From: Patescibacteria group bacterium
Lineage (GTDB): Bacteria > Patescibacteriota > Patescibacteriia > UBA2591 > UBA4787
Reading direction: 5' to 3'
NCBI GenBank assembly: GCA_028715115.1
Contig: JAQUSN010000001.1
Span: 385,746 to 449,745 of the forward strand
Length of the DNA stretch: 64,000 nucleotides
Of the stretch, positions 8,981 to 20,645 are shown piece after piece (positions within the stretch are counted from its first letter, which is position 1; each line of letters opens with the position of its first letter). Under the pieces are notes generated by a model, which was given only the letters and a program-made list of their open reading frames with translations, was not told where the DNA came from and did no database searches. The position numbers and the translations under genes are program-made.

Positions 8981-11071
8981 ATGCCCAGACAATATCCTTT
9001 AGAAAAAACTCGCAATATCGGCATTATTGCTCACATCGATGCCGGCAAAACAACCGTTAGCGAGCGCATTCTTTTTTATACCGGCAAAAAGCACAAAATA
9101 GGCGAGGTCCACTATGGCGAAGCCGAGATGGACTGGATGCCGCAAGAAAAAGAAAGAGGCATTACCATTACTGCTGCAGCCACGACTTGTTTTTGGACTA
9201 CGTCGGATGGTAATCAGTGCCGAATCAATATTATTGATACACCCGGGCACATTGACTTTACTGCTGAAGTACAGCGATCGCTACGCGTCCTTGATGGCGG
9301 CGTGGTAGTTTTTGACGGTGTGGCCGGAGTGGAACCGCAATCAGAAACAGTTTTTCATCAAGCCGAAAAATTTAGAGTGCCACTCATCGCTTTCATCAAT
9401 AAGATGGATCGTTTGGGTGCCAATTTTTATAATGACTTAAATTCTATTCACGAACGATTAACTCCCAATGCTCATCCGTTGCAGTTACCGATAGGCGCGG
9501 AAGCAGACTTTAAGGGAGTTATTGATTTATTTAAAAGAAAAGCTTATTTATATTTAGATGATTTAGGCAAAGAAATGAAAGAAGGAGACGTGCCGGCTGA
9601 TATGAAAGAAAAAGTTGAAGAGTTTCGCCACAAATTAATCGAAGCTATTGTCGAGCAAGACGATACTTTAATGCACCAATATTTAGAGGGCACTGAACCG
9701 TCGATTGCTGATTTAAAAAAAGTTTTGCGACAAGCTGTTATTACTAATAAAATCATGCCGGTTTTAGTTGGTAGCGCTTTAAAAAATAAAGGCGTCCAAT
9801 TATTATTGGACGGAGTTTGCGATTATTTACCATCTCCGGTTGACATTGCTCCAGCAGAAGGAACCGATCCGGACAGCGGCGAAAAGCTTACTCGCAAGCC
9901 CAGCGACGACGAACCGTTTTCCGCTTTAGCTTTTAAGGTTGCCACTGATCCATTCGTTGGTAAATTATGTTATTTTAGAGTTTACTCCGGTCATTTAGAA
10001 TCCGGTTCTTATGTTTTTAATACTAAGTCCGGCGAAAAAGAAAGAGTAGGCCGTATCGTGCAAATGCATGCTAATCACAGAGCTGAGATACAAGATGTTT
10101 ACGCCGGAGATATTGCCGCTATCGTTGGCTTGAAGTCAACCAGCACTGGCGATACACTTTGCGACCCCGACCATCCAATAGTTTTAGAATCTTTAACCTT
10201 TCCAGAGCCGGTTATTCATATGGCCGTTGAGCCAAAAACTAAAGTTGACCAAGAAAAGTTAGGTATGTCTTTGGCTAAATTAATGGAAGAAGACCCGACT
10301 TTTAGGGTTAGAACCGATGAAGAAACGGGCCAAACTATTATTGCCGGTATGGGCGAATTACATTTGGATATTATTATTGATCGTTTAAAAAGAGAATTTA
10401 AAGTAGAAGCCAACATTGGCAAGCCGCAAGTCGCTTATAAAGAAGCGATTACTAGGCCGATTGAGATCGAAGGAAAATATGTTCATCAATCCGGCGGTCG
10501 CGGGCAATATGGTCACTGCTGGTTAAGACTAACGCCGCGTGAAAGAGGCAAGGGATTTGAATTCTTGGATGAAATTAAAGGCGGCACTATTCCTCGCGAA
10601 TATGTTCCGGCGGTAAAGAAGGGTGTGGAAGAGGCGATGTCTAATGGCGTTATTGCTGGTTATCCTTTAGTTGATATGGAGGTCGCCGTTTACGATGGTT
10701 CATATCACGAAGTTGACTCTTCGGAAATGGCTTTCAAAATCGCCGCACAGCGCGCTATTAAAGATGGTGTGCAGCAAGCTGGTCCTGTTTTGCTCGAACC
10801 GGTCATGAAGATAGAAGTTGTCGTGCCTGATCAATTCATGGGAGAAGTTATTGGTGACTTAAATTCTCGCCGAGCGCAAATAAATGAAACTCGCACTCGT
10901 GGACAAGTAAAATTAATAGATGCTTTTGTTCCGCTGGCTGAGATGTTCGGCTACGCCACGATTTTAAGATCGGTTACCGAAGGCCGTGGCTCATATTCCA
11001 TGGAATTTTCTCATTACAATGAAGTGCCGAGAAATGTTCAGGAAAAAATCATTGGCGACAAGAAAATTTAG
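8981..11071 (+). CDS. fusA: Elongation factor G
   Basis: [28 protein letters not shown] and MGELHL motifs. Confidence 0.99.
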   Translation: MPRQYPLEKTRNIGIIAHIDAGKTTVSERILFYTGKKHKIGEVHYGEAEMDWMPQEKERGITITAAATTCFWTTSDGNQCRINIIDTPGHIDFTAEVQRSLRVLDGGVVVFDGVAGVEPQSETVFHQAEKFRVPLIAFINKMDRLGANFYNDLNSIHERLTPNAHPLQLPIGAEADFKGVIDLFKRKAYLYLDDLGKEMKEGDVPADMKEKVEEFRHKLIEAIVEQDDTLMHQYLEGTEPSIADLKKVLRQAVITNKIMPVLVGSALKNKGVQLLLDGVCDYLPSPVDIAPAEGTDPDSGEKLTRKPSDDEPFSALAFKVATDPFVGKLCYFRVYSGHLESGSYVFNTKSGEKERVGRIVQMHANHRAEIQDVYAGDIAAIVGLKSTSTGDTLCDPDHPIVLESLTFPEPVIHMAVEPKTKVDQEKLGMSLAKLMEEDPTFRVRTDEETGQTIIAGMGELHLDIIIDRLKREFKVEANIGKPQVAYKEAITRPIEIEGKYVHQSGGRGQYGHCWLRLTPRERGKGFEFLDEIKGGTIPREYVPAVKKGVEEAMSNGVIAGYPLVDMEVAVYDGSYHEVDSSEMAFKIAAQRAIKDGVQQAGPVLLEPVMKIEVVVPDQFMGEVIGDLNSRRAQINETRTRGQVKLIDAFVPLAEMFGYATILRSVTEGRGSYSMEFSHYNEVPRNVQEKIIGDKKI

Positions 11072-11106
11072 AGATATTAGTTATTAACAATTAAATAACA
11101 TCAGCA

Positions 11107-11134
11107 TTGACAATTAATTTTTATTGTGTATAAT
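11107..11134 (+). promoter_or_regulatory. Internal sigma70-type promoter for tuf
   Basis: TTGACA-N16-TATAAT. Confidence 0.75.
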
Positions 11135-11226
11135 TTTAGGATTATTTTACATTTAATTTACTAACAAAAATTTAATCAAGACAATCGAAATATCAAGGAT
11201 GTTTCGAAAGTAAAAAGAGGTTATTT

Positions 11227-12432
11227 ATGGCAGAAAAAGCTAAATTTAATCGTAGTAAAACCCACGTTAACGTTGGTACTATTGGCCACGTTGACCACGG
11301 TAAAACTACTTTGACAGCTGCGATTTTAAAATGTTTAGGCGCGGCCGGTAAGGTTGCCGACCAGAAAGGCGTTGACCAAATTGATAATGCCCCAGAAGAA
11401 AAGGAAAGAGGTATTACTATTAATTTGGCTCACGTTGAGTATGAATCGGAAAAACGACACTATGCTCACATTGATTGTCCCGGCCATGCTGACTATATTA
11501 AGAACATGATTACTGGTGCGGCCCAGATGGACGGCACGATTTTGGTCGTGTCTGCTCCAGACGGTCCAATGCCTCAGACCAGAGAGCACATTATTTTGGC
11601 TCGTCAGGTCGGTGTGCCAGCTATCGTCGTTTTCTTAAATAAGGTTGATATGGTTGAAGATAAAGAATTGTTGGACTTAGTTAAAGAAGAAGTCCGCGAT
11701 TTGTTAAAAAAATATGAATTCCCTGGCGACGAAATACCGATCATCGAGGGCTCAGCTCTTAAAGCTTTGGAGTGCGGTTGCGGCAAAGCTGACTGCAAGT
11801 GGTGTGGTCCGATTTTGAAATTAATCGAGGCCTTAGATAGCTATGTTCCAGAGCCAAAGAGAGATACCGATAAACCGTTTATTATGCCTATCGAAGACAT
11901 TTTCTCCATCGAAGGCAGAGGCACAGTGGTTACCGGTAAAATCGAACGAGGTATTATTAAGGTAAACGAAGAAGTTGAGATCGTCGGCTTAAAACCAACG
12001 ACCAAAACTGTCGTTACTGGCATTGAAATGTTTAGAAAGACCCTTGATGAAGGTCAAGCGGGCGACAATGCCGGTATCTTATTGCGCGGTACCAAGAAAG
12101 AAGATATTGAACGGGGTCAGGTTATTGCCAAGCCCGGTTCTATCACTCCTCACACCGATTTTGAAAGTCAAATTTACGTTCTTTCAAAAGAGGAAGGCGG
12201 CCGTCACACCCCATTCTTTAATGGTTACAAGCCGCAGTTTTATATCAGAACTACTGATGTAACCGGCGACGTGACCTTGCCGCAAGGAACTGAAATGGCT
12301 ATGCCTGGTGATACTTTAAACGTCAATATTAAATTAATTAAACCAATCGCCCTTGAAGAGAAACAGAAATTCGCTATTCGTGAAGGTGGCAAGACGGTTG
12401 GCGCAGGTGTGGTCACTAAAATTAATAAGTAG
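11227..12432 (+). CDS. tuf: Elongation factor Tu
   Basis: [21 protein letters not shown] and [13 protein letters not shown] motifs. Confidence 0.99.
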   Translation: MAEKAKFNRSKTHVNVGTIGHVDHGKTTLTAAILKCLGAAGKVADQKGVDQIDNAPEEKERGITINLAHVEYESEKRHYAHIDCPGHADYIKNMITGAAQMDGTILVVSAPDGPMPQTREHIILARQVGVPAIVVFLNKVDMVEDKELLDLVKEEVRDLLKKYEFPGDEIPIIEGSALKALECGCGKADCKWCGPILKLIEALDSYVPEPKRDTDKPFIMPIEDIFSIEGRGTVVTGKIERGIIKVNEEVEIVGLKPTTKTVVTGIEMFRKTLDEGQAGDNAGILLRGTKKEDIERGQVIAKPGSITPHTDFESQIYVLSKEEGGRHTPFFNGYKPQFYIRTTDVTGDVTLPQGTEMAMPGDTLNVNIKLIKPIALEEKQKFAIREGGKTVGAGVVTKINK

Positions 12433-12533
12433 TTTTGATTGCTATCTCTGCCATTCGTCATTCGCCAACCGGCGAAGGCGAAGGTGGATTGCTAAAGATT
12501 TTTATTCTTTAGCTACCTAAGCTCGCTCTTTTT

Positions 12534-12905
12534 ATGGTTAACGAAGAAAAGACCAAAAAGAAAATCCAGATAGTTCAACCCACTAAAGAGGCTAATTATA
12601 AGCCGAGGATTCGCATTAAAGTAAAATCGTATGACCACAGGGTTATTGATGAAGCCATAAAAAATATTGTGGAAACAATAAAACGATCAGGAGCGAGCGT
12701 AGTTGGACCAATACCTTTGCCAACGGAAATAAGAAAATATACAGTATTGCGTTCGACTTTCGTCCATAAAGATTCACGCGATCAATTCGAAACCAGAGTT
12801 CACAAGCGTTTAATAGATATCGTTGACTTTACTCCAAAGACAATCGAACTCATCACGAGCTTGAATTTGCCTGCTGGAGTCGACATCGAGATTAAATCTC
12901 TATAA
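12534..12905 (+). CDS. rpsJ: 30S ribosomal protein S10 with N-terminal extension
   Basis: [17 protein letters not shown] and HKRLIDI motifs. Confidence 0.98.
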   Translation: MVNEEKTKKKIQIVQPTKEANYKPRIRIKVKSYDHRVIDEAIKNIVETIKRSGASVVGPIPLPTEIRKYTVLRSTFVHKDSRDQFETRVHKRLIDIVDFTPKTIELITSLNLPAGVDIEIKSL

Positions 12906-13113
12906 CCTTATAATATAGTTCTTAACCAATGCGCTGGTGAAGATGATAGTTATAATTTCGGTTCGCCGAAGAATGTAGCTATCGTATCACTATGCCGAGA
13001 GGTTATTTGTAGGTCAGAAAAATTTAAGATTTAGATTCGACTTGTTCGAAAGTGATTTGTTAATCTAAATAATAAAAATCTGGCCTAAAAACCAGATTTT
13101 TGTTTATTATAAT

Positions 13114-13704
13114 ATGGCCTTTTTACTAGGTAAAAAAATTGGTTTAACGCAGATTTTTAGAAACGATGAAGTCGTTCCGGTTACTATACTTCAAGCCGGG
13201 CCGTGTTATGTTTTACAGATAAAGAACAAAGAAAAAGACGGTTATGAGGCGATTCAGATTGGTTATCAGAAGATTACTAAAGCCAAAAGAATCACCAAAG
13301 CAATGAAAGGCAAAGAATATCGCTTTATTAAGGAATTTAAACCGCAAGGAGTAGAATATAAGGTGGGCGATGAAATTAAAGTTGATATTTTCAAAACAGA
13401 TCAAAAAATAAATATTAGCGGAATAACCAAGGGCCATGGATTCACGGGCGTAGTTGCTCGCCATGGCTTTCATGGTCATAATACGACTCACGGTACCAAA
13501 GATCAAGAAAGAATGCCCGGTTCAATCGGTTCAACTGCAGCTCAGCGCGTCCTCAAGGGCAGACGCATGGCTGGACGCATGGGCGCCGAGAGAGCAACAA
13601 TTAAAAATTTACAAATTATCGAAATTCAGCCTGACAAAAATTTATTGCTAGTTAAAGGCGCCGTGCCGGGAGCTAATCATGGCCTTATTGAAATTAAAGC
13701 TTAA
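13114..13704 (+). CDS. rplC: 50S ribosomal protein L3
   Basis: LGKKIGLTQIF, KGHGFTG and KGAVPG motifs, S10 operon order. Confidence 0.98.
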   Translation: MAFLLGKKIGLTQIFRNDEVVPVTILQAGPCYVLQIKNKEKDGYEAIQIGYQKITKAKRITKAMKGKEYRFIKEFKPQGVEYKVGDEIKVDIFKTDQKINISGITKGHGFTGVVARHGFHGHNTTHGTKDQERMPGSIGSTAAQRVLKGRRMAGRMGAERATIKNLQIIEIQPDKNLLLVKGAVPGANHGLIEIKA

Positions 13705-13712
13705 AATTTTAT

Positions 13713-14348
13713 ATGTCAATCAAAGTCGCGATTTACAGCCAAACCGGAGAAAAGACAGGGGAGATGGATTTATCTTCTGAGGTTTTTGGTGTTGAACCGA
13801 AAGCAGAATTAATTCAGCGATCGGTTGTAGCCAGCCAGGCTAATATACGCCAAGCGACCGCTCACACCAAACATAGGGGCGAGGTTCGTGGCGGCGGTAA
13901 AAAACCGTGGCAGCAAAAGGGTACAGGTCGCGCTCGAGCCGGCTCTTCCCGTTCACCACTTTGGCGCGGTGGCGGCGTAGTTTTTGGCCCGCGCAATGAT
14001 AAAAATTATACGCAAAAAATCAACAAGAAAGTCCAGCGGCAGATTTTATTGATGACCTTGTCCGATAAGGTAAAAAATGATCATTTAATTATCGTTGATA
14101 ATTTAGATTTTTCAAATTTAAAAACCAAAGAATTTTCTCAATTTATAAAAAAGTTGCCGATCAAAGATAAAAAATGTTTATTCTTATATCGTTCGGCCGA
14201 AAAAAACACCCATCGCATTGCTAAAAATATTAAAAATGTGCTTTCGACGGCGGTTAACAATATTAGCTTCATGAATATTTTAAATAATAATTATTTATTA
14301 GCGAGTCAGGAGGCCATTAAAGAGGTTGAAAAAAATTTAAAAAAATAG
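13713..14348 (+). CDS. rplD: 50S ribosomal protein L4
   Basis: KPWQQKGTGRARAGS and RGGGVVFGP motifs. Confidence 0.98.
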   Translation: MSIKVAIYSQTGEKTGEMDLSSEVFGVEPKAELIQRSVVASQANIRQATAHTKHRGEVRGGGKKPWQQKGTGRARAGSSRSPLWRGGGVVFGPRNDKNYTQKINKKVQRQILLMTLSDKVKNDHLIIVDNLDFSNLKTKEFSQFIKKLPIKDKKCLFLYRSAEKNTHRIAKNIKNVLSTAVNNISFMNILNNNYLLASQEAIKEVEKNLKK

Positions 14349-14360
14349 ACGTAGTTTTAT

Positions 14361-14753
14361 ATGTTATTTAATAAAAAGCAAAAAAAGACAGATGCGAAGC
14401 CAAAAGAGGTTAAAGAGCAACCTCAAGAAGTTGGTGTTTCTTCGAAACAGGCCGGCCAAGTAAAGACAGCCAAGAATGTTTATAGGGTATTAATGAAGCC
14501 CATTATCACCGAAAAAGCGACTACTTTGAGCGCTTTTAATAAATATATTTTCGAGGTTGCGCCACAAACGACCAAATCAGAAGTTTATAAGGCCGTTAAA
14601 GAATTATATAATTTTAAGCCGATTGACATAAATATGCTTAAAGTAAAAGGTAAAAACGTCCGTTACGGCCGCTCGACTGGTCGAACGAAAAACTGGAAAA
14701 AAGCAATCGTGACCTTAAAAAAGGGAGATAAAATTAATTTTACCACTCACTAA
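14361..14753 (+). CDS. rplW: 50S ribosomal protein L23 with N-terminal extension
   Basis: PIITEKA and WKKAIVTL motifs. Confidence 0.97.
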   Translation: MLFNKKQKKTDAKPKEVKEQPQEVGVSSKQAGQVKTAKNVYRVLMKPIITEKATTLSAFNKYIFEVAPQTTKSEVYKAVKELYNFKPIDINMLKVKGKNVRYGRSTGRTKNWKKAIVTLKKGDKINFTTH

Positions 14754-14758
14754 AAATT

Positions 14759-15586
14759 ATGTTAAAGTTTTATAAGCCAACTACGCCAGGACGAAGACAG
14801 ACCAGTATTGTTGACACTTCGTCTTTAACCAAAAAAAGACCAGAAAAAAGTCTAACGGTTTATCTTAAAGAAAAATCAGGTCGCAATAATCAAGGGCAGG
14901 TTACTCTTCGTCATCAGGGCGGCGGTATGAAAAAACTTTATCGCCAAATAGATTTTAAACAAAATAAGTTTGATTTAGTCGCTAAAGTTATTGCAATTGA
15001 ATATGATCCGAATCGCACCGCCTGGATTGCTTTGATTTGCTTTCCAGATGGAGAAAAACGATATGTCTTAGCTCCGCATGGGCTTAAAGTTGGAGATAAA
15101 ATCGTCTCTTCTTTAAATAAACTAGAAGCCAAGCCGGGCAATCGCATGCCGTTAAAATATATCCCGACTAGTTATTTGGTTCACAGTATCGAATTAACGC
15201 CTGGCGAAGGAGCAAAAATAGTTCGTTCAGCTGGTTCGGGTGCTTCATTAATGACCGTTGAAGGCGGCCATGCCCAGTTAAAATTACCTTCGGGTGAAGT
15301 TCGTTTGGTCTCAGAAAATTGTTGCGCCAGCGTTGGTCAATTAAGTAATGTTGATTGGCATTTAGTTCGCTGGGGCAAGGCCGGACGCATGAGACTAAGA
15401 GGTATTCGTCCTTCGGTGCGCGGTAAGGCTATGAATCCAGTCGATCATCCGCACGGTGGCGGTGAAGGCCACCAGCCAATCGGTTTAGTCCATCCCAAGA
15501 CTCCATGGGGCAAGCCAGCTTTGGGCGTAAAAACCAGAAATAGAAAGAAATGGACCAATAAATTCATTTTAAAACGACGTAAATAA
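14759..15586 (+). CDS. rplB: 50S ribosomal protein L2
   Basis: IEYDPNRTA and MNPVDHPHGGGEG motifs. Confidence 0.99.
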   Translation: MLKFYKPTTPGRRQTSIVDTSSLTKKRPEKSLTVYLKEKSGRNNQGQVTLRHQGGGMKKLYRQIDFKQNKFDLVAKVIAIEYDPNRTAWIALICFPDGEKRYVLAPHGLKVGDKIVSSLNKLEAKPGNRMPLKYIPTSYLVHSIELTPGEGAKIVRSAGSGASLMTVEGGHAQLKLPSGEVRLVSENCCASVGQLSNVDWHLVRWGKAGRMRLRGIRPSVRGKAMNPVDHPHGGGEGHQPIGLVHPKTPWGKPALGVKTRNRKKWTNKFILKRRK

Positions 15587-15695
15587 AGAGTTCTTAACTT
15601 TTTTACTCGCTTCACTTGGCAATAAAAAAATAACACAAATAAAAAATTAAATTGGTAAAATTCGTTAATAATTTGTAATAAATTTACACAATACT

Positions 15696-16037
15696 ATGAG
15701 CCGAAGTTTAAAAAAGGGCCCTTGGGTTGATCCAAAGTTGCTCAAAAAAATATCTAATAGTAAGCCGGGTACAGTCATTAACACCTGGTCGCGAGATTGT
15801 ACTATTGTTCCGGAGATGATTGGTTTTACTTTTGGCGTTCATAACGGCAAAAACCACCACCCGGTTTTAGTTGTCGAAGAAATGATCGGGCACAAATTGG
15901 GAGAGTTTGCCCCGACTCGCAAATTTGTCCGCCACGGAGGCAAGATGCAGCGCGAGATAGAGGCTGCCGCTGCGCAAGCCGGCGTGGTAAAGCCAGCAGT
16001 TACAGCCGCGGCTACTCCAGCTAAGCCAGCTAAGTAA
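15696..16037 (+). CDS. rpsS: 30S ribosomal protein S19 with Ala-rich tail
   Basis: MSRSLKKGP and [11 protein letters not shown] motifs. Confidence 0.98.
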   Translation: MSRSLKKGPWVDPKLLKKISNSKPGTVINTWSRDCTIVPEMIGFTFGVHNGKNHHPVLVVEEMIGHKLGEFAPTRKFVRHGGKMQREIEAAAAQAGVVKPAVTAAATPAKPAK

Positions 16038-16054
16038 AATTTTAATTTAATAAT

Positions 16055-16582
16055 ATGGAAGTAAGAGCCATCGCCAGACATTTAAGGATTTCACCAAAAA
16101 AAATGCGCCTAGTCGTTGACGTAGTGCGTAATTTAAGCGTGACTCAAGCTGAAGATCAATTGCAATTCGTGCCGCGTCGGGGAAGCGCCTTTATTCTTAA
16201 GGTTCTTCGCTCGGCCTTAGCCAATGCCGAATATAATTTCAATTTTAAAAAAGATAATTTGTTTATTAAAAAAATAATCGTTAATGAAGGGCCGGCCCTA
16301 AAGCGCTGGATGCCCAAAGCTTTTGGTCGCGCAACTCCTCTTAAGAAAAGAAGTTCGCATTTAGAAATAATTTTAGCCGAATACAAACCAACGGCTAAAA
16401 TAGAAAAAAATAAGGCAGTCGAAGCGAATAAGATTAAAACCGACGGAGAGGCCGTGGTTGAGAACGAACTCAAAGAGCGAAGAGATTCAGGCAAAAAGCA
16501 CCTCATAGACGCCAAGGATAAGAAAATAAAACCCAAAAGAGCCGGAGTTAAGTCCAAAATTTTTAGTCGCAAAGCAATTTAA
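16055..16582 (+). CDS. rplV: 50S ribosomal protein L22 with basic C-terminal extension
   Basis: ISPKKMRLV and KRWMPKAFGRA motifs. Confidence 0.97.
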   Translation: MEVRAIARHLRISPKKMRLVVDVVRNLSVTQAEDQLQFVPRRGSAFILKVLRSALANAEYNFNFKKDNLFIKKIIVNEGPALKRWMPKAFGRATPLKKRSSHLEIILAEYKPTAKIEKNKAVEANKIKTDGEAVVENELKERRDSGKKHLIDAKDKKIKPKRAGVKSKIFSRKAI

Positions 16583-16596
16583 TAAAAACAAATATT

Positions 16597-17256
16597 ATGG
16601 GTCAGAAGATTAATCCAAAAATTTTACGCATTCCGACAACCAGAGATTGGGAAGAGAAGTGGTTTGCCAAAAAACAATCCTTTCGCCAATTCTTAAGAGA
16701 AGATATTCAAATTAGAAAATTATTAACTAAGAAGTTAAAGGGCGCTAGTGTTGATAAGACAATCATTGAACGTTCTGGTAATGCGATAAAGATTTTTATT
16801 TCTACGGCTAAGCCGGGCGTGATTATCGGCCGGGGTGGCGTTGATGCCGAAAAATTGAAAAAAGATATTCAACAAATATTATTACCGGGCCAGGTTGTTG
16901 ATTTAAATATTTCCGAAGTGCCGAGTCCGTTTTTGTCAGCTCAAATAGTTTTAGAGGCCATCGTAGCTGACTTGGAAAAAAGAGTTTCTTATCGTCGAGC
17001 CATGAAACGAGCTATGGATCAAGTGAAAAAAGGCGGGGCCGGGGGCGTGAAAATTAAATTAAGCGGTCGTTTAGATGGCGTAGAAATCGCCCGTCGCGAA
17101 ACTTTAACCTGGGGCAAAATGCCGCTTCATACCATTCGCGCAGATATAGATTACTCACGTGGCGCTGCCCATACAATGTATGGAGCTGTCGGAGTTAAGG
17201 TTTGGATTTATCGTGGTGAAATTTTTAATAAAATCAAAAAAGAAGTTAAAAAATAG
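16597..17256 (+). CDS. rpsC: 30S ribosomal protein S3
   Basis: [17 protein letters not shown] and [11 protein letters not shown] motifs. Confidence 0.98.
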   Translation: MGQKINPKILRIPTTRDWEEKWFAKKQSFRQFLREDIQIRKLLTKKLKGASVDKTIIERSGNAIKIFISTAKPGVIIGRGGVDAEKLKKDIQQILLPGQVVDLNISEVPSPFLSAQIVLEAIVADLEKRVSYRRAMKRAMDQVKKGGAGGVKIKLSGRLDGVEIARRETLTWGKMPLHTIRADIDYSRGAAHTMYGAVGVKVWIYRGEIFNKIKKEVKK

Positions 17257-17270
17257 CAAAATCCATATTT

Positions 17271-17687
17271 ATGTTGATGCCGAAAAAAGTAAAATTTCGC
17301 AAAGTCCATAAGGGCAGAAATCGTTTTGGCGGTAAAGCGACCAGAAAGATAGAGATTGCTTTTGGCGAATATGGACTAAAGAGCTTAGAGACTAAATGGA
17401 TAACGGCACGTCAAATTGAAGCTGCCCGTCGAGCTATTGTTCGTTTATTTAAAAAAGGCGGCAAAATATGGACCAGAATTTTTCCTGATAAATCTGTGAC
17501 GACCAAAAGCGCTGAAGTTCCGATGGGTGGCGGTAAGGGCGCGGTTGATTATTATGTTGCTCCAATTAAAGCCGGCACTATTATGTTTGAGGTTTCTGGC
17601 GTAGACGAAGCGACGGCTAAAGAAGCCATGCGTTTGGCTGGACATAAATTGTCGGTTAAAACGAGGTTTGTTAAAAAAGAAAAATAA
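17271..17687 (+). CDS. rplP: 50S ribosomal protein L16
   Basis: [18 protein letters not shown] and MGGGKG motifs. Confidence 0.98.
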   Translation: MLMPKKVKFRKVHKGRNRFGGKATRKIEIAFGEYGLKSLETKWITARQIEAARRAIVRLFKKGGKIWTRIFPDKSVTTKSAEVPMGGGKGAVDYYVAPIKAGTIMFEVSGVDEATAKEAMRLAGHKLSVKTRFVKKEK

Positions 17688-17689
17688 AT

Positions 17690-17872
17690 ATGAAAACAAA
17701 AGAATTAAGACCAAAATCAGAAATAGAATTAAAAAGAACGTTGGCCGAAGATCGAGAAAAATTACGCCAATTAAGATTTGATATTCATTTAAAACAATCA
17801 AAAAACGTGCGTGAAATTAGAAAAATTAAAAAAGAAATCGCGCGATTAATCACGCTTTTAAAAGAAAAATAA
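17690..17872 (+). CDS. rpmC: 50S ribosomal protein L29
   Basis: Operon position, ELR...LRF...IARLITLL pattern. Confidence 0.95.
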   Translation: MKTKELRPKSEIELKRTLAEDREKLRQLRFDIHLKQSKNVREIRKIKKEIARLITLLKEK

Positions 17873-18006
17873 AGGGTTTCACCCTTTGTTGCCGGTGCTT
17901 CCACCATTCGCCTTCGCCAGTTGGCGAATAGCAAGGACGAAGGCGGATCGGAAAAGAAAAAAATAATTTTTTTTCTCGCTCGCTCGCTTAAAAATAAATA
18001 AATATT

Positions 18007-18249
18007 ATGAAAAGAAGATTTCAAGGAATTGTAGTTTCTGACAAGATGGCCAAAACCATCGTGGTTGTAGTTGAAGAAATCAAACAACACTCTAAATATT
18101 TACGTCGATATAAAATTCAGAAAAAATTTAAAGTTCATGACGAGAATAAACAAGCCAAGGCGGGGGACTTGGTTATTTTCGAGGAATGCCGACCCTTAAG
18201 CAAGGGTAAAAGATGGCAATTGGTTGAAGTAGTTGTTAGTAAAAAATAA
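18007..18249 (+). CDS. rpsQ: 30S ribosomal protein S17
   Basis: VVSDKMAKT and [11 protein letters not shown] motifs. Confidence 0.97.
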   Translation: MKRRFQGIVVSDKMAKTIVVVVEEIKQHSKYLRRYKIQKKFKVHDENKQAKAGDLVIFEECRPLSKGKRWQLVEVVVSKK

Positions 18250-18359
18250 TTTTGGCCATCCCATAAAAGTTGACTGCTGTCGGCTCACGGGATGCGCAAA
18301 ATTGTAAGAAAGTTTATTTCTTTGTTAGTTGGCGAATCATAAATTTTAACAATTTTAGC

Positions 18360-18731
18360 ATGATACAACATCGATCAATACTTAATTCAGCAGACAATAC
18401 CGGAGCACAAAAGTTAATGTGTATCCGCGTTCACGGTGGCTATAAACGACGCTATGCTCGTTTGGGAGACGTGATTACGGTTGTCGTTAAAAGTGCTTTA
18501 CCGCACAATATGGTTAAGAAAAGCGAAATTCATAAAGCCGTCATTGTCCGTACCAAAAAAGAAACCCGCCGAGCAGACGGTTCTTATATTAGATTTGACG
18601 ATAACGCGGCGGTTATTATTGATCCGAAGAGCAAAGATCCTAAGGGTACGAGAATTTTTGGGCCGATCGCGCGCGAAATAAGGAATAACGGTTTTATGAA
18701 AATAATTTCTTTAGCCCCAGAAGTTCTGTAA
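18360..18731 (+). CDS. rplN: 50S ribosomal protein L14
   Basis: MIQ...[15 protein letters not shown] and SLAPEVL motifs. True start is ATG 18360. Confidence 0.98.
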   Translation: MIQHRSILNSADNTGAQKLMCIRVHGGYKRRYARLGDVITVVVKSALPHNMVKKSEIHKAVIVRTKKETRRADGSYIRFDDNAAVIIDPKSKDPKGTRIFGPIAREIRNNGFMKIISLAPEVL

Positions 18732-18945
18732 GTGATTTTCTTGGAATTTTCAAACCAAAGGAGCAGAAAATTCTTTAGAAAATCCTTACCCCCTCACTCA
18801 TTTTGCTAATTTAGTCAGCTCTATAACTATTCATCAATATAATTAAAGTAGTTTGATAAAAATTATTAGATTTTTGAGTGAAGGGGTGCTCAAAATTCTA
18901 AGAAAATTTATTCACTACGTTCTAAAATTTTAAGAATTTTGGCAT

Positions 18946-19254
18946 ATGAAAATCAAGAAAGGCGATATGATTCAAGTTTTAAGCGGCAAAGACAAGGGCA
19001 AAAAGGGCCGCGTGCTTAGAGTTTCTGCAAAAACCAATAAGGTGGTTATTGAAGGCATTAACTTATTTTTCAAACATGTTAGACCGAAAAGAGAGGGGGA
19101 GAAGGGACAGCGTATTCAAATTCCGGTTCCCTTGTATATTTCTAAGATTGCCTTTCTGTGTCCTAAATGTTTAAAACCAGCTAGAGTTGGCTATAAAACT
19201 TTAACTGACGGCTCTAAGGTTCGCTCATGCAAAAAGTGCAAAGAAATAATTTAA
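18946..19254 (+). CDS. rplX: 50S ribosomal protein L24
   Basis: MKIKKGD...GKDKGK KOW motif. Confidence 0.97.
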   Translation: MKIKKGDMIQVLSGKDKGKKGRVLRVSAKTNKVVIEGINLFFKHVRPKREGEKGQRIQIPVPLYISKIAFLCPKCLKPARVGYKTLTDGSKVRSCKKCKEII

Positions 19255-19266
19255 TTTTAATAATTT

Positions 19267-19815
19267 ATGATGGATTTAAGAACAAAATATCAGAAAGAAG
19301 TCATTCCTGGTTTGAAGGAAAAATTTGGCTTTAAAAATAATTTAGCCGTTCCTAAATTATTAAAAATTACTTTAAACGTTGGCTTATCAAGAGCTATCAG
19401 CGAAAAAGATGGCCGTTATGCCGAGATTGTTAAAGATACTTTAAATAAGATTAGCGGTCAGAAGCCGATCGAAATTGCGGCCCGTAAATCAATTTCTGGC
19501 TTTAAGATAAGAGAAGGCCTTTTGGTTGGTATGAAGGTCACTTTAAGAGGGGGGCGAATGTATGATTTTGTTGATAAATTGGTAAATATTGTTTTGCCTC
19601 GCACTCGTGATTTTTGTGGTATTTCTGCTAAGGGCATTGATAAGTCTGGCAATTTATCATTGGGGCTGCGAGAGCATTTGGTTTTTCCGGAAATTAAAAC
19701 AGAAGACGTGCAAAAGATTCATGGTCTTCAGATTACCATTACAAGTAATGCGAAAAACAGAGAACAGGGTTTAGAATTATTTAAATTATTAGGATTTCCA
19801 TTTAAACTAGATTAA
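19267..19815 (+). CDS. rplE: 50S ribosomal protein L5
   Basis: [17 protein letters not shown] and LPRTRDF motifs. Confidence 0.98.
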   Translation: MMDLRTKYQKEVIPGLKEKFGFKNNLAVPKLLKITLNVGLSRAISEKDGRYAEIVKDTLNKISGQKPIEIAARKSISGFKIREGLLVGMKVTLRGGRMYDFVDKLVNIVLPRTRDFCGISAKGIDKSGNLSLGLREHLVFPEIKTEDVQKIHGLQITITSNAKNREQGLELFKLLGFPFKLD

Positions 19816-19816
19816 T

Positions 19817-20002
19817 ATGGCGACTACAGGACAAGTTCAAAAATCAAAAAGAAAATCAAAATTTAAAACACGAGTCGTGCGACGCTGTTGGCGTTGCGGT
19901 CGACGACATGGTTATATGAGAGATTTTGATATTTGCCGCATATGTTTCAGAGAGCTGGCCACTCGAGGACTTATTCCTGGCGTTCGCAAATCAAGTTGGT
20001 AA
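19817..20002 (+). CDS. rpsN: 30S ribosomal protein S14, Zn-binding (type Z)
   Basis: RCWRCGR...ICRICFRE...GVRKSSW. Confidence 0.97.
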   Translation: MATTGQVQKSKRKSKFKTRVVRRCWRCGRRHGYMRDFDICRICFRELATRGLIPGVRKSSW

Positions 20003-20033
20003 TTTTAAAAAATAAAATAGGTTTTATTTAATT

Positions 20034-20459
20034 ATGATTGATCAAATTAGCGACATGTTGACTCGCATTAGAAATGCGAATTCCGTTGGTAAACAAGAGG
20101 TGGTGTTTCCTTATTCCAAGGTAAAGTTTTCGCTTTGTAAATTATTAGAAAGAGAGAATTGGATTGCAAGCCTTGAACTAGTAGAATTATCCAAGACCGC
20201 CAAAACCACCAAAGAAACGCGAGAAAAATTTAAACAAATTAAAATAACCCTAAAATACGATAAAAATAACCAACCGCAAATTTCTTCTATCAAAAGAATC
20301 AGCCGTCCAGGGCAGCGAATTTATGTTAAAAAAGATAATATTCCGGTGGTTTTGAACGGGTTGGGCTTGGCGGTTATTTCTACGCCACAAGGGCTTATGA
20401 CCAACAAAGAAGCGCGACAGAAAAAAGTCGGCGGCGAACTATTCTTTGAAATTTGGTAG
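20034..20459 (+). CDS. rpsH: 30S ribosomal protein S8
   Basis: DMLTRIRNA, RISRPGQRIY and STPQGLMT motifs. Confidence 0.98.
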   Translation: MIDQISDMLTRIRNANSVGKQEVVFPYSKVKFSLCKLLERENWIASLELVELSKTAKTTKETREKFKQIKITLKYDKNNQPQISSIKRISRPGQRIYVKKDNIPVVLNGLGLAVISTPQGLMTNKEARQKKVGGELFFEIW

Positions 20460-20645
20460 ATGTTTTGTTAAAAATTTAGATTCGCCATCCGTCCACTGAC
20501 GGAGGCGAAGAATAAATTTTTTAGAAAATGCTTACCCCTTCACTCAAATTTTTAAATACCCGCCTGTTTCAGTAAAATTATTAAGATTTAGATATTATTT
20601 TCTATCATTGTCACAAAATAACTCGTAAATTTCGACAATTTTTGT

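Noticed and set aside
11770-11810. [11 protein letters not shown] cysteine cluster in EF-Tu
   Set aside because: Similar Cys-rich inserts occur in EF-Tu of other anaerobic lineages, so it is not novel.
18270-18359. N-terminal extensions of L14 (also DnaG 54175, HrcA 40777, Adk 24221, MTase 31168) in the ORF track
   Set aside because: Homology starts at downstream ATGs; the extensions run through structured or regulatory DNA.
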